From an uncultured virus (IMG/VR IMGVR_UViG_3300023081_000006) (taxonomy: Duplodnaviria > Heunggongvirae > Uroviricota > Caudoviricetes), in the IMG/VR virus record IMGVR_UViG_3300023081_000006: a stretch of 64,000 nucleotides of DNA; one strand, written 5' to 3'. Below are positions 46,667 to 55,883 of the stretch, piece by piece. A model generated the notes under the pieces. That model saw only the letters and a program-made list of their open reading frames with translations. It was not told the DNA's origin and did no database searches. Every line of letters starts with the position of its first letter. The stretch's first letter is position 1. The translations under genes and the position numbers were made by a program.

Positions 46667-47456
46667 CTTCACCCTCAAAACTTTCCAATATGTTGGTTAT
46701 GTAATCATAATCATCTGCTGGAGTTAACTCTTTATTTATAGTTCCATCAGAACCTATAGCACCAGAAACTTTTACTTGCTTTAAGGCATCTAAGTTTATA
46801 TCTGTATAAAGCCTTGCAATAGACTCTTTAATAACGGTTGCTGATCCTACATAGCCAAAGAAATTAATTCTCATATTAAAATTTAAAGTCCAAATAATAC
46901 TCTGTCTTTGAGAGAAATCTCCTTCATATTGGTCCTCATAATCTACGCTGTCTAATGTGATTTTAATGTCTCTTTTAATACCTAGTTCAGGAAGTTCATT
47001 AACTGTAACATTGAAATCTGGATTAAAGTATGGGAAAATTTGCTCTACAATTTGTAAAGCATCTTCTTGATTTTTAGCAAACACATATAAAGACAGCTGC
47101 ATATTATATGGAGTAGAAACAAAAGACTGTCTAACTGTATTAGTGTCGTCTCCGGCACCAACTGCTCTATTTTTTTGTATGGGTGATATCTTTCTAGAAG
47201 GATCATATGTTAAAGAAGTTATTTCAAAACCCATTCTAGGAAGAATTAATTGAACATCTCTGAACTGTTCATCAGGCACAGCTCTAATTCTAGATAAAAA
47301 CTTTTGTTTTGTTGAGTACGCCAAAGGAACCCTTAGCGACTGATTAACTACACCATCACTATCCTTCCTTTCAATGTTTATATTATTAAAGATGGTACCA
47401 AAAGCTATAATAGCCTTTTTTATGTGTTGGTTGTAAAATGTTTTATTCTTAAACAT
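46656..47456 (-). CDS. gp15: Tail sheath stabilizer/completion protein
   Basis: AFGTIFNNI, VPLAY, LPRMGFE, QIVEQIFPYFNP. Confidence 0.95.
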   Translation of the reverse strand: MFKNKTFYNQHIKKAIIAFGTIFNNINIERKDSDGVVNQSLRVPLAYSTKQKFLSRIRAVPDEQFRDVQLILPRMGFEITSLTYDPSRKISPIQKNRAVGAGDDTNTVRQSFVSTPYNMQLSLYVFAKNQEDALQIVEQIFPYFNPDFNVTVNELPELGIKRDIKITLDSVDYEDQYEGDFSQRQSIIWTLNFNMRINFFGYVGSATVIKESIARLYTDINLDALKQVKVSGAIGSDGTINKELTPADDYDYITNILESFEGEDVG

Positions 47457-48198
47457 CTAATAGCTCTCCAAACGGATTTCTTTCAGAGAAATCTAATATA
47501 CCCTCAACGGAATTTAGATTTGCGAAATCCTCATTATCTGTATTGGCATTAGTTTTTTGTGATGAGTATTCTTCTAATATCATTGTACTAGCATCTTCCA
47601 AAGTAAACAGTCCGCCGTCCTCAAGTAAGAATTGATATCGTAACATATCTAGACTGTTTGTCTCCATGATATCATCTGCATCTGTTCCAGTATCGAGAAC
47701 CTCTGAACTGTATACAAACAATTCACATTGCAATTTAAATACATATAGCTTGCCTGCCTGATAAAAAGGGTCCGCAAACTCCACGTACTTAATTTCAAAT
47801 ATAGAATTTGTCTTTGGAAAATATAAAAGATCTCCTTCGACAGGACGAGAATCTAACTGAAATTCTCCCTCTGTAGAGTGAACCATTTCTTCCCATCTAC
47901 GTCTTGCCAATATAAAGGTAGCTTGATCTCTTATCTCTATACCAAACTTACTAAACAGCTCTCCTTCTCCCTCGAAGCCGTTTACATTTTCCAAATACAT
48001 TTCTAAAGGATATGCCTGTGTAAATTGAGATAACTGATCTTCATCAAAGATAGTATCTTCATTTACAAGCGTTCTAGGCATGTAATAGATGTCGTGTCCG
48101 TATATTTTTAAGGACTCTATGATTAGGTCTTCAATAAGACGTTGTTCAGAGGTAACTCCAATTGCATCGCCTGATTGAAAATAAAAATTTGTAGGCAT
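47449..48198 (-). CDS. gp14: Neck protein
   Basis: YYMPR, SKFG, EGDLLYFP, DFSERNPFG. Confidence 0.95.
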   Translation of the reverse strand: MPTNFYFQSGDAIGVTSEQRLIEDLIIESLKIYGHDIYYMPRTLVNEDTIFDEDQLSQFTQAYPLEMYLENVNGFEGEGELFSKFGIEIRDQATFILARRRWEEMVHSTEGEFQLDSRPVEGDLLYFPKTNSIFEIKYVEFADPFYQAGKLYVFKLQCELFVYSSEVLDTGTDADDIMETNSLDMLRYQFLLEDGGLFTLEDASTMILEEYSSQKTNANTDNEDFANLNSVEGILDFSERNPFGELLDV

Positions 48199-48199
48199 C

Positions 48200-49168
48200 T
48201 TATCCTACCATAAACGTTGGAGGCAATTCATATCTCTTTTGCATTTCATCTTCTATAACATTTATCTCCTGAACTGCTTCTTGAAATATTTGATCTCCGT
48301 TGAGTGTAACTCCTCCTGGTAATTGTATCCCCCCAAACTTTTTCATATTTTCGCCCCACTGTCTTTTAATGAGAGCGGTGGCATATTTTTTAAGGAACAT
48401 GTCATCATATACTTCGGCATAATCTGCAGGGTCTAAAATTGCGTATGCCTCAGCAACAACATAGTCACCAGGGTTGAATGTTTTATCCCAATCTGTATCT
48501 ATATAAAGTTTATTAGTTTTTCTATTCCATCTAATCTGTCTAGATGATACTAATAATTGTTCTAATGTTGTTAAGTGAGATTGCACTATTGTATAATATT
48601 GCATATCCGCACCCATTAGATTATATAGATCATTTTGTCTAAACTGATACATAATATCAAAGAGGTTGCCGTCTCTTGTGTTAGCTGTGGCTGCACCTCC
48701 AAAATTAAACAGCCTCACAATACCTGTAATGCCATTGGAAATTGGGATCCAACCCTTTTCAATATCTCCCTCTTCATAATGAGACCCCGAAGATAAAGTA
48801 GCAACGTATCCAGATTCTGAGCCTTGAATTTGCTCACCTGCTTGAAATGTTCCAGAAACTTTTTCTACAGTTATTTCAGAACCACTTGCGGCATGTATAA
48901 CAGTTGTTGCACCAGATGTATTCCCTGTAACTTTCTCTCCTTTGTTAAAGTTACTTGCCACAGGAGCCTGTAAATTTAATTTGCTTCCTGTTATCTCGTG
49001 CTGAACATAAGTTCTTTCTGTACCATCGAAATGATACTCTTGCCAATACTGCAAGGCATCGTCAATCCTATCATTGATTTGATCTTCATCAACATTGATC
49101 TCTATAACAGGAAACCCTAGCCTCCTGAGACAGTAATCAATAAGTTCTTGCCTTGTAGATAATGCCAT
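48200..49168 (-). CDS. gp13: Neck protein
   Basis: LRRLGFPVIEINV, QWGENMKKF, LPGGVTLNG. Confidence 0.95.
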   Translation of the reverse strand: MALSTRQELIDYCLRRLGFPVIEINVDEDQINDRIDDALQYWQEYHFDGTERTYVQHEITGSKLNLQAPVASNFNKGEKVTGNTSGATTVIHAASGSEITVEKVSGTFQAGEQIQGSESGYVATLSSGSHYEEGDIEKGWIPISNGITGIVRLFNFGGAATANTRDGNLFDIMYQFRQNDLYNLMGADMQYYTIVQSHLTTLEQLLVSSRQIRWNRKTNKLYIDTDWDKTFNPGDYVVAEAYAILDPADYAEVYDDMFLKKYATALIKRQWGENMKKFGGIQLPGGVTLNGDQIFQEAVQEINVIEDEMQKRYELPPTFMVG

Positions 49169-49479
49169 TAACTTAATGCTCCTAAATCTTCTGTTTTTTC
49201 TTGTCCTCCGGGAGTTACTTTATTATCAAAGTTAGCGACTAAACTAACTCCAAAAGCATCCGTTCCGCTAGACAAAGAGCCTAGATCTCCTGTTGGAAAT
49301 ACAAGACTCGGATCTGATACAGAATAATTGCTAACTTGCACAATGTTACCATTTGAGTCTTTAACAAATATTGCTTTATCAGAGAGATTGATAGCCATTT
49401 CCCCCACTGCTAGATCACTAGCAGTAGGAGAGGATGAAGCTGTCTCACTTCTTTTAGGTTTTATGACGACATTATTCAT
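49168..49479 (-). CDS. Small fibre-associated protein
   Basis: IKPKRSETASSSPT..DL..GE.AIN N-terminal module shared with 51452-51808. Confidence 0.65.
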   Translation of the reverse strand: MNNVVIKPKRSETASSSPTASDLAVGEMAINLSDKAIFVKDSNGNIVQVSNYSVSDPSLVFPTGDLGSLSSGTDAFGVSLVANFDNKVTPGGQEKTEDLGALS

Positions 49480-49491
49480 ATATTTAACCTA

Positions 49492-51216
49492 TTAGTTTAA
49501 TAATGTACCACTAGAATCATATATGTTGATTCTAAATCTGCTATTAGCTGCTGCTGCTGTCATCAAAACAGTATCTGAATCACTAAAGGACTCACCGCTT
49601 GTCTGAACATTAGCACCTGCTAACATGGCAAACTCTACTGTACCTGCACCAATTGTTGCAGTTAATGAAGCATTAGCACTTCCATCTATACTAACTGAAC
49701 CAGATAAATCTCCGCCTAAGCTAAGAGTTCTAGCTGTTGTCCAGGCTGCTGCAGATGTTGCTGTAGCTGCATTTCCTGAGGTATCTTGGTCACCGGCTGT
49801 GTTAACTCCAGGCAAGTTGATATTAGCAGTACCATCAAATGATACTCCACCAATAGTTCTTGCAGTTTCTAAAGCAGTTGCTGTGGCAGCATTTCCTGAG
49901 GTATCTTGGTTACCGGCTGCGTTAACACCTGGTAAGTTGATGTTAGCAGTACCATCAAAACTAACTCCACCAATAGTTCTGGCAGTTGCTAGTGCTGTTG
50001 CTGTGTCGGCATTACCTGTAACATCACCGGTTACGTCACCTGTTAAGTTTGCTTCAACTGTTCCAGCTACAAATGTCTCTGAACCAATCGTCCACTTATC
50101 ATTTGTTTCGTCCCACAAGAATGTTTTGGCAGTTGAACCGCCTCTGCTGATGCTAAGTCCAGCATCTTCTGTGGGTGAACCAGATGTAAAGTTACTGTTT
50201 AAAACAATAGTATTGTCTGCTAAATTAATAGTCTCAGAGTTAACTGTAGTGGTTGTACCGCCTACTGTTAGGTTACCTGTAATGTTGATGTCGTCATTAA
50301 CAGTTACATTACCTGTACCGTTACCACTTAATACTAGGTTAGTATCAGTAGATTTGGTTGTAATCTGATCAACTTTAATGTTGTTAGCAAATGTAATATC
50401 GTTTCCTGCACTGTTTGTAATGTTTTGTCCATCTTCAATTTGAAGTGTACCTTTAATTTGAACAGTACCTGAACCTGTAGGATCAAGTTCAATATCACCA
50501 GATCCGCTAGTTTGTACAGCAACGTTTTGGTTGGAGTCTGCAGAAATTGTAATAGTACCTGAGTTATCGGATACAACCTGTTGTCCGTTAACATATAACG
50601 AACCAGGACCTACATAAATATCCCTCCATTGCTTTGTAGATGAACCCAAGTCGTAAGTAACATCTGCACTAGGCACAATACTTCCGTCTAAGGTTGTTAA
50701 TAAAGATTTTACTCTAGCATCTGTGTAGTAGACGTTTGTTGAACCTTCTGATAAATCATCGGTGTCAAACGCCGACATATTAACTGCGATATCATCAGCA
50801 TTAACAGTAATACCTGTTCCTGCTCCAATATTAAGTGTAACTTCTCCGGTTGTACCGCCTCCGGTTAAACCAGAGCCCGCAGCTACACTTTCAATATCAC
50901 CTGCATCATTAGTAAAACTAATAACACCTGTGCTGCTATCATATGTTAAGTCTCCACTTACACTAATTGCTGATCTTGCTCTTGCTGTTGTATGGTAAAG
51001 ATTACTAGAACCCTCAGAGAGATTATCTGTATCAATACCACTAGCGCCTGTCAGGTTAGAACCGTCTGCTAATGCTATCTCAAATCCCCCTTGGGTACTG
51101 CCATCATGAACTACTAAAGTATCTTTAGAAGTGTTGACGGTTACTTCACCTTCAGAGCCTGTAAACGACGCGTGTTCTGTTGTTGTACCACGTCTTAATT
51201 GTAATATTGTTGGCAT
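49492..51216 (-). CDS. Fibre protein with an Mtd-N-like N-terminal module
   Basis: LRRGTT.EH..FTG..GEVTV...VHDG; G/S/T-rich repeats; TARTIGGVSFDG repeats. Confidence 0.8.
   Translation of the reverse strand: MPTILQLRRGTTTEHASFTGSEGEVTVNTSKDTLVVHDGSTQGGFEIALADGSNLTGASGIDTDNLSEGSSNLYHTTARARSAISVSGDLTYDSSTGVISFTNDAGDIESVAAGSGLTGGGTTGEVTLNIGAGTGITVNADDIAVNMSAFDTDDLSEGSTNVYYTDARVKSLLTTLDGSIVPSADVTYDLGSSTKQWRDIYVGPGSLYVNGQQVVSDNSGTITISADSNQNVAVQTSGSGDIELDPTGSGTVQIKGTLQIEDGQNITNSAGNDITFANNIKVDQITTKSTDTNLVLSGNGTGNVTVNDDINITGNLTVGGTTTTVNSETINLADNTIVLNSNFTSGSPTEDAGLSISRGGSTAKTFLWDETNDKWTIGSETFVAGTVEANLTGDVTGDVTGNADTATALATARTIGGVSFDGTANINLPGVNAAGNQDTSGNAATATALETARTIGGVSFDGTANINLPGVNTAGDQDTSGNAATATSAAAWTTARTLSLGGDLSGSVSIDGSANASLTATIGAGTVEFAMLAGANVQTSGESFSDSDTVLMTAAAANSRFRINIYDSSGTLLN
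49757..49996. repeat. Intragenic tandem repeat, 2 x 120 bp (40 aa)
   Basis: AL.TARTIGGVSFDGTANINLPGVN.AG.QDTSGNAATAT occurs twice, with mostly synonymous differences. Confidence 0.9.
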
Positions 51217-51227
51217 TGTCTATTCTC

Positions 51228-51452
51228 CTAGTATGTTCCACCGTCAAGTGCATCAACCTGGGCCCCGGGTATTGTAGCGTTGCTAGGCAGATTATCTAAA
51301 TCTGCTCTCAATATCTCGTGTCCCCCCTGTGTGCTACCGTCATGTAGTACCAAAGTATTTTTAGTGGTATTTACAGTAACTTCAGCCTGCGACCCTGTAA
51401 AGGAGGCATGTTGTGTTGTAGTACCACGTCTTAATTTTACTCTCGCTGCCAT
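51228..51452 (-). CDS. Stand-alone Mtd-N-like module protein
   Basis: LRRGTTTQHASFTG...LHDGSTQGG; ends LDGGTY. Confidence 0.7.
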   Translation of the reverse strand: MAARVKLRRGTTTQHASFTGSQAEVTVNTTKNTLVLHDGSTQGGHEILRADLDNLPSNATIPGAQVDALDGGTY

Positions 51453-51808
51453 TAGGTTAACCCTCCGTAATCTACTGAGTTATAACCAATAACAGAATCT
51501 GTGATCGATCCATAATCTAAATCTGCTGTTTGAGTACAGCGAACAATTGCAGTTCCTGCGGATGTGGTTGTGTCGACGGTAAAGTTTCCGAATGTAGTAT
51601 CCAAGAAAGATATGGTACTAACATCTGCTGATGTACTTCCGTCATTGACTGCTAACCCACCCCCAATAGCTTTTATATTATCGCTAGAATCTCTAACATA
51701 CAGCTTTTTATCGGCTGTGTTAATAGCAAATTCGCCGACCTCTAGATCACTTGTAGTCGGAATCGAGCTTGCTGTCTCCGATCTCTTGGGCTTGATTACT
51801 ATCGCCAT
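51452..51808 (-). CDS. Small fibre-associated protein
   Basis: IKPKRSETASSIPT module; two DYG motifs at the C-terminus. Confidence 0.65.
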   Translation of the reverse strand: MAIVIKPKRSETASSIPTTSDLEVGEFAINTADKKLYVRDSSDNIKAIGGGLAVNDGSTSADVSTISFLDTTFGNFTVDTTTSAGTAIVRCTQTADLDYGSITDSVIGYNSVDYGGLT

Positions 51809-52286
51809 TTAAATTCTCCTGTGTTTCTAAATATTGTGCTAACTGTAATTTTAATGACTCAATTTTTTTATCTGCCTGCTCTAATTCTCTGCTAAGTATA
51901 GCATTAGTATTTTCATAATGTTTTACTCTAGCTTCGTCTACAACAATCTCTGTTGGCTTTCCTTCAACCTTTGCCAAAAGATTTTTATTATCTTCTTTTA
52001 AACGCTCAACTTTTTCTAAAAGTTTCGCATTTTTTTCTTCCAAAACCCTTGTTGTATCTAGAAGACCTTCAATCTCATCTGAACCTTTTTTAGTAGAAAC
52101 CTCTGTTTGTTCTTCAAAACTATTTCTAAGTTCAACAATGTAATTGTTAGCCTTTTCAAGTTCTACGCTTGCCTGTTTATACTTTGCCTCATGTAAAACA
52201 GATTCCATTGTTTTATCAGTTAACGCCTTTGATAAACTTTTAATATATTCATTAATTAAGGCATCATTTGTATTTTGTGCTTCCAT
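51747..52286 (-). CDS. Coiled-coil protein (possible fibre chaperone)
   Basis: Heptad-rich, K/E-rich; SD GGAG before ATG 52286. Confidence 0.65.
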   Translation of the reverse strand: MEAQNTNDALINEYIKSLSKALTDKTMESVLHEAKYKQASVELEKANNYIVELRNSFEEQTEVSTKKGSDEIEGLLDTTRVLEEKNAKLLEKVERLKEDNKNLLAKVEGKPTEIVVDEARVKHYENTNAILSRELEQADKKIESLKLQLAQYLETQENLNGDSNQAQEIGDSKLDSDYK

Positions 52287-52302
52287 TTTCACTCCAAAAT
52301 GT

Positions 52303-52321
52303 AGGGGGGCTAAACCCCCCT
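52303..52321 (-). terminator. GC-rich hairpin, probable terminator or attenuator
   Basis: AGGGGGG-TTTAG-CCCCCCT followed by ACATTTT. Confidence 0.6.
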
Positions 52322-52333
52322 TGTTAATTTAAA

Positions 52334-53824
52334 TTAATAAGAACCACCATCTAAAGTAGATGCCCACTCAGGTGTTCCGTTATTAGAAACCAAGAACTGT
52401 CCATTGGCACCGGCTGCTGTAACTTGTAAAGCGCCTGTACCGTTACCGTATACGATACCGTTAGATGTAAACGAAGTAGCTCCTGTACCACCGTCTGCAA
52501 CACCAATTGCTGCTGACAACCCAGAAACTGTACCGCCTGATAATGAACCAGTAACATTACCGGTTACATCACCTGTCAAGTCACCAGTAACATCACCCTC
52601 AATGTTTGCTACCATTGTAGCTACAGAGTAACCTGTTGCTGATGTGTCTACAGTTGTTGTAGGTGCAGATTGTGTGTCTTTAAACAGCTTCCACTTACCA
52701 TCGTTAGCGTCTCTGAATAAACCTGCATAAAGGTCTTGAGAGCCTGAGGTGTCATATAAACCGAAGAAACCAATGTCTACTGCATCTGAGCTATTGTTGC
52801 CAGAAGCTAATTGGAACAAAGGATCGCTAACTGTTAAGTTTGTGGTGTCAACCTGTGTAGTAGTACCAGCTACTGTTAAGTTACCAGAAACTGTTAAGTT
52901 ACCACCAATTGTTGGGTTAGTAACAAGACCAATTGCTACTTGGTTACCAGAAACAGTAACATCTGTTTCGTTAGATGTTCCTGCAAAAGTAAGAGTTTCA
53001 CCACCGTTAACTGTATCAGTGTTTGAACCATCTGAAATATCAAATGATGTAGCAATTGCTGCTGTACTTGCTGATGTAATTCTACCTTGTGCGTCAACTG
53101 TAATAACAGGAACCGCTGTTGTAGAACCATAAGAAGTAGCAGTAACACCGGTAGCCGGCATGCTAATTTGTCCTGCCGACTTGCTAAGTGTAGAGTCTAC
53201 TGAAATAGCACCTTGTGCTCTTGCATCTGTAAAGTAAAGGTTAGAAGAACCTTCGCCTAAATCATCGGTATCAAATGCTGACATATCAACGTTAAGTGTA
53301 ACGTCTCCTGATGTGCCACCACCTGTTAAACCTGTACCTGCTACAACACTCTCAATGTCACCAGCGTCGTTTGTGAAGCTAATAACACCTGTTGAGGAGT
53401 CGTAACTTAAATCACCACCAACACTGATTGCACTTCTTGCTCTTGCATCTGTAAAGTAAAGGTTGGTTGAACCCTCACTAATGTCATCTGTGTCGTGGTT
53501 GCTTACATCACTAACCGTACCAGTTACATCACCGGTTAAGTCAGCAGTAATTGTGCCTGCTGTAAAGTTGCCTGAGGAATCCCTCTTAACAATAGCAGAG
53601 GCTGTGTTGGAGTTTGTAGCTCCATCAACAAGATCAGTGTAGTATTTACCACCTACTTTCTGAATAACCGCTGAGCCGTTTGAGTCCAAGGACTCAATGT
53701 ACATAATAGCACTTGCACCGTCATTGGATGCATCTTGGCTATACGCTAATTCGGCTTCGGCTAAGTCACTTGTAGTAGGTGCGGCTACACCACTAGATCT
53801 TTTAATCTGAATAACTGTTGCCAT
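52334..53824 (-). CDS. Fibre-like virion protein
   Basis: IQIKRS N-terminal module, DTDDISEGSTNLYFT repeats, GDVT repeats; ends LDGGSY. Confidence 0.8.
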   Translation of the reverse strand: MATVIQIKRSSGVAAPTTSDLAEAELAYSQDASNDGASAIMYIESLDSNGSAVIQKVGGKYYTDLVDGATNSNTASAIVKRDSSGNFTAGTITADLTGDVTGTVSDVSNHDTDDISEGSTNLYFTDARARSAISVGGDLSYDSSTGVISFTNDAGDIESVVAGTGLTGGGTSGDVTLNVDMSAFDTDDLGEGSSNLYFTDARAQGAISVDSTLSKSAGQISMPATGVTATSYGSTTAVPVITVDAQGRITSASTAAIATSFDISDGSNTDTVNGGETLTFAGTSNETDVTVSGNQVAIGLVTNPTIGGNLTVSGNLTVAGTTTQVDTTNLTVSDPLFQLASGNNSSDAVDIGFFGLYDTSGSQDLYAGLFRDANDGKWKLFKDTQSAPTTTVDTSATGYSVATMVANIEGDVTGDLTGDVTGNVTGSLSGGTVSGLSAAIGVADGGTGATSFTSNGIVYGNGTGALQVTAAGANGQFLVSNNGTPEWASTLDGGSY

Positions 53825-53878
53825 TTATTTTTCTCCTAATTAAAAATTTTTATTTTAGCTAAAATAATATAATATAAT

Positions 53879-54115
53879 TTAGTAAGTACCGCCATCCAAT
53901 CTTGTTACCGTTGTTGCCAACTCACTAGCGGGTGCTGCCTCCCAGTTTCCTGTTGCTGCGTCATAAACCAATGTATAACCATCTTCTGCCCCAGCTGTAT
54001 CTACACCATTTAAATTATCTAAGGTTGTAGCTGTGGTAACTTTAGACTTTGTTGTAACATTAGAAACTGTTCCACTTCTATTCGTTAAAGGTACTGTTAC
54101 CTTAAATGTTGCCAT
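53879..54115 (-). CDS. Small fibre-associated protein
   Basis: L..L.GVD...DG.TLVYD...W motif; ends LDGGTY. Confidence 0.65.
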   Translation of the reverse strand: MATFKVTVPLTNRSGTVSNVTTKSKVTTATTLDNLNGVDTAGAEDGYTLVYDAATGNWEAAPASELATTVTRLDGGTY

Positions 54116-54441
54116 TATCGTGTTACCTCCGGAGTTATGGTTATAATACCCTCTAAAACTCTAACCGTTTCACTATTTCCTTCAATCTCTATATCATACA
54201 CATATCTTCCAGCCTTCAATTCGGAAGTTTGTGTAGCAGTTAATGAAATGGTTATTTCGCCTTCTAAATCTACTTTAGAGGTTGTAAAACTTGTATAAGT
54301 ATTAGAGTAATAGCTTTTTCTAAGTTGAGCGCGTACTGTATAATTAGATAGATCTTTACCAGATCCATCGTCATTAGTTAGTCCTATTGTGAAATCGAAG
54401 GTAGTACCCTGATCTATAACAATGTTTTTTACGGTAGCCAT
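54115..54441 (-). CDS. Virion structural protein (Ig-like adaptor type)
   Basis: IDQGTTF, AQLRKSY, GRYVYDI, RVLEGIITITPEVT. Confidence 0.7.
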   Translation of the reverse strand: MATVKNIVIDQGTTFDFTIGLTNDDGSGKDLSNYTVRAQLRKSYYSNTYTSFTTSKVDLEGEITISLTATQTSELKAGRYVYDIEIEGNSETVRVLEGIITITPEVTR

Positions 54442-54463
54442 CAACTTTTCCTATTACTTTTGT

Positions 54464-54471
54464 TATTTATA
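54464..54471 (-). promoter_or_regulatory. Late promoter TATAAATA for the fibre/neck operon
   Basis: Exact consensus in the divergent intergenic gap. Confidence 0.8.
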
Positions 54472-54487
54472 AGAAATTTTGATTACA

Positions 54488-55135
54488 ATGAACACCATTT
54501 TAACATTAAAATACGGAAACAAATACACGTCGAATGACGTTAATTCTATTTATGAAAAAACAAGACCCCACAATTTTGTCTGTGTCACAGATAATCCTGA
54601 GGGTCTAGATCCAAATATACAAGTTATTCCTATAACTTGGGAAATAGAAGGACATTGGGAAAAGGTTAAGTTAATGCGTTATAATAATCTAGGCTCTGTA
54701 TTGTACCTAGATTTAGATATTCGTATACAAAAAAATGTAGATAATTTTTTTAAAATGCTTGACAAAACCCCTATGATTTGTTATACTTATTGGAAACCTA
54801 ATGATCTAGCGTTCATCAAATCTAAAGACTGGTCTTATAATTATTTAAGTAACTATAACTCTAGTGTCATGATGTGGCAAGATGCTACTCACATATATAA
54901 TTATTGGAAGGAAAACTCCGACTATTATATGGTAAAATATGCAGGAGATGATAGATTTCTATTTCATGAGGGATTTACTTTTGAACACTTCCCAGAAGGA
55001 GAAGTATATTCCTTTTGGTTTGACGGCGGAAAGATAAAACCAAAGGCAACAATTGCTTTATTAAATGGACAAGAAAGTATAGAGGAAAATATAGCAAAGC
55101 ATTATGATGAACTTTATTTGCATCAAATGGGGTGA
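54488..55135 (+). CDS. GT-A glycosyltransferase-like protein, paralogue 1
   Basis: LKYGNKY, CVTD, YLDLD (DxD), NSSVMMW, GDD. Confidence 0.8.
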   Translation: MNTILTLKYGNKYTSNDVNSIYEKTRPHNFVCVTDNPEGLDPNIQVIPITWEIEGHWEKVKLMRYNNLGSVLYLDLDIRIQKNVDNFFKMLDKTPMICYTYWKPNDLAFIKSKDWSYNYLSNYNSSVMMWQDATHIYNYWKENSDYYMVKYAGDDRFLFHEGFTFEHFPEGEVYSFWFDGGKIKPKATIALLNGQESIEENIAKHYDELYLHQMG

Positions 55136-55883
55136 TAAATATTCTCCTGAATATGTAAACAACCTCAAAAACATGGTCGAAAAAAACTTTACACGGCCGT
55201 GTACATTCACCTGTTTCACAGACGATCCTGCAGGATTAGAATGTGAATATCTACCTATTCCAGATGTACAACCATTGCATCCTAAATACTGGTTTGGTAA
55301 AGATAACTATTGTTGGGATAGAGCTAAATTCTTTGTGTTTAATGCACACAATATTTTAGGTTATAAAGGCAAGTATTGCTATTTTGATTTAGATGTAATA
55401 ATTCAAAACAATATAAACGACTTAGAAATATTGGCAAAAAAACCAAGACTTGTACATTCCAAATGGCAACCAGACGGACAACAACACGATAGATTTTTTA
55501 TAGACATTCGTGGCACATATTATAATACAAGTATGATGTGCTGGGAATACAATCAATGTGAGCAAATATATTACGATGTTTTAGAGCATCAAGATGTTGT
55601 GTTCAAAACATTTTTTAAAGGATCAGATAACTACCATTATTGGAGACAGCGTAATTTCTGGGGCAACATTCCTTTTGATTGGGTATACTCTTATAACAGA
55701 GGAGCTCATTGGAAAGAGGATAACGACAAGTATAAATATAGAAAAGAATACAAAGTTTGTATTTTTAACACAGATTTAACACCCGATCCTGCAGCTAAGG
55801 ATCAAATTAAGATTAGTGATTTACAAGATGAGAAACTTTTGAGGCATTGGCATGGAGCTAACTTTAATAGCAAATCTACTTGA
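55104..55883 (+). CDS. GT-A glycosyltransferase-like protein, paralogue 2
   Basis: CIKWGDKY, CFTDD, YFDLDV, NTSMMCW, GSDNY, YSYN. Confidence 0.8.
   Translation: MMNFICIKWGDKYSPEYVNNLKNMVEKNFTRPCTFTCFTDDPAGLECEYLPIPDVQPLHPKYWFGKDNYCWDRAKFFVFNAHNILGYKGKYCYFDLDVIIQNNINDLEILAKKPRLVHSKWQPDGQQHDRFFIDIRGTYYNTSMMCWEYNQCEQIYYDVLEHQDVVFKTFFKGSDNYHYWRQRNFWGNIPFDWVYSYNRGAHWKEDNDKYKYRKEYKVCIFNTDLTPDPAAKDQIKISDLQDEKLLRHWHGANFNSKST

Noticed and set aside
49757..49996. 120 bp repeat pair as DGR TR/VR, given the Mtd-N-like domain
   Set aside because: The copies are tandem and in frame, and the differences are mostly synonymous rather than adenine-specific; no RT gene seen.
49625..50368. 247 aa plus-strand ORF
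   Set aside because: Antisense shadow of the repetitive G/T/A-rich fibre gene; no SD or promoter seen and no recognisable motif.
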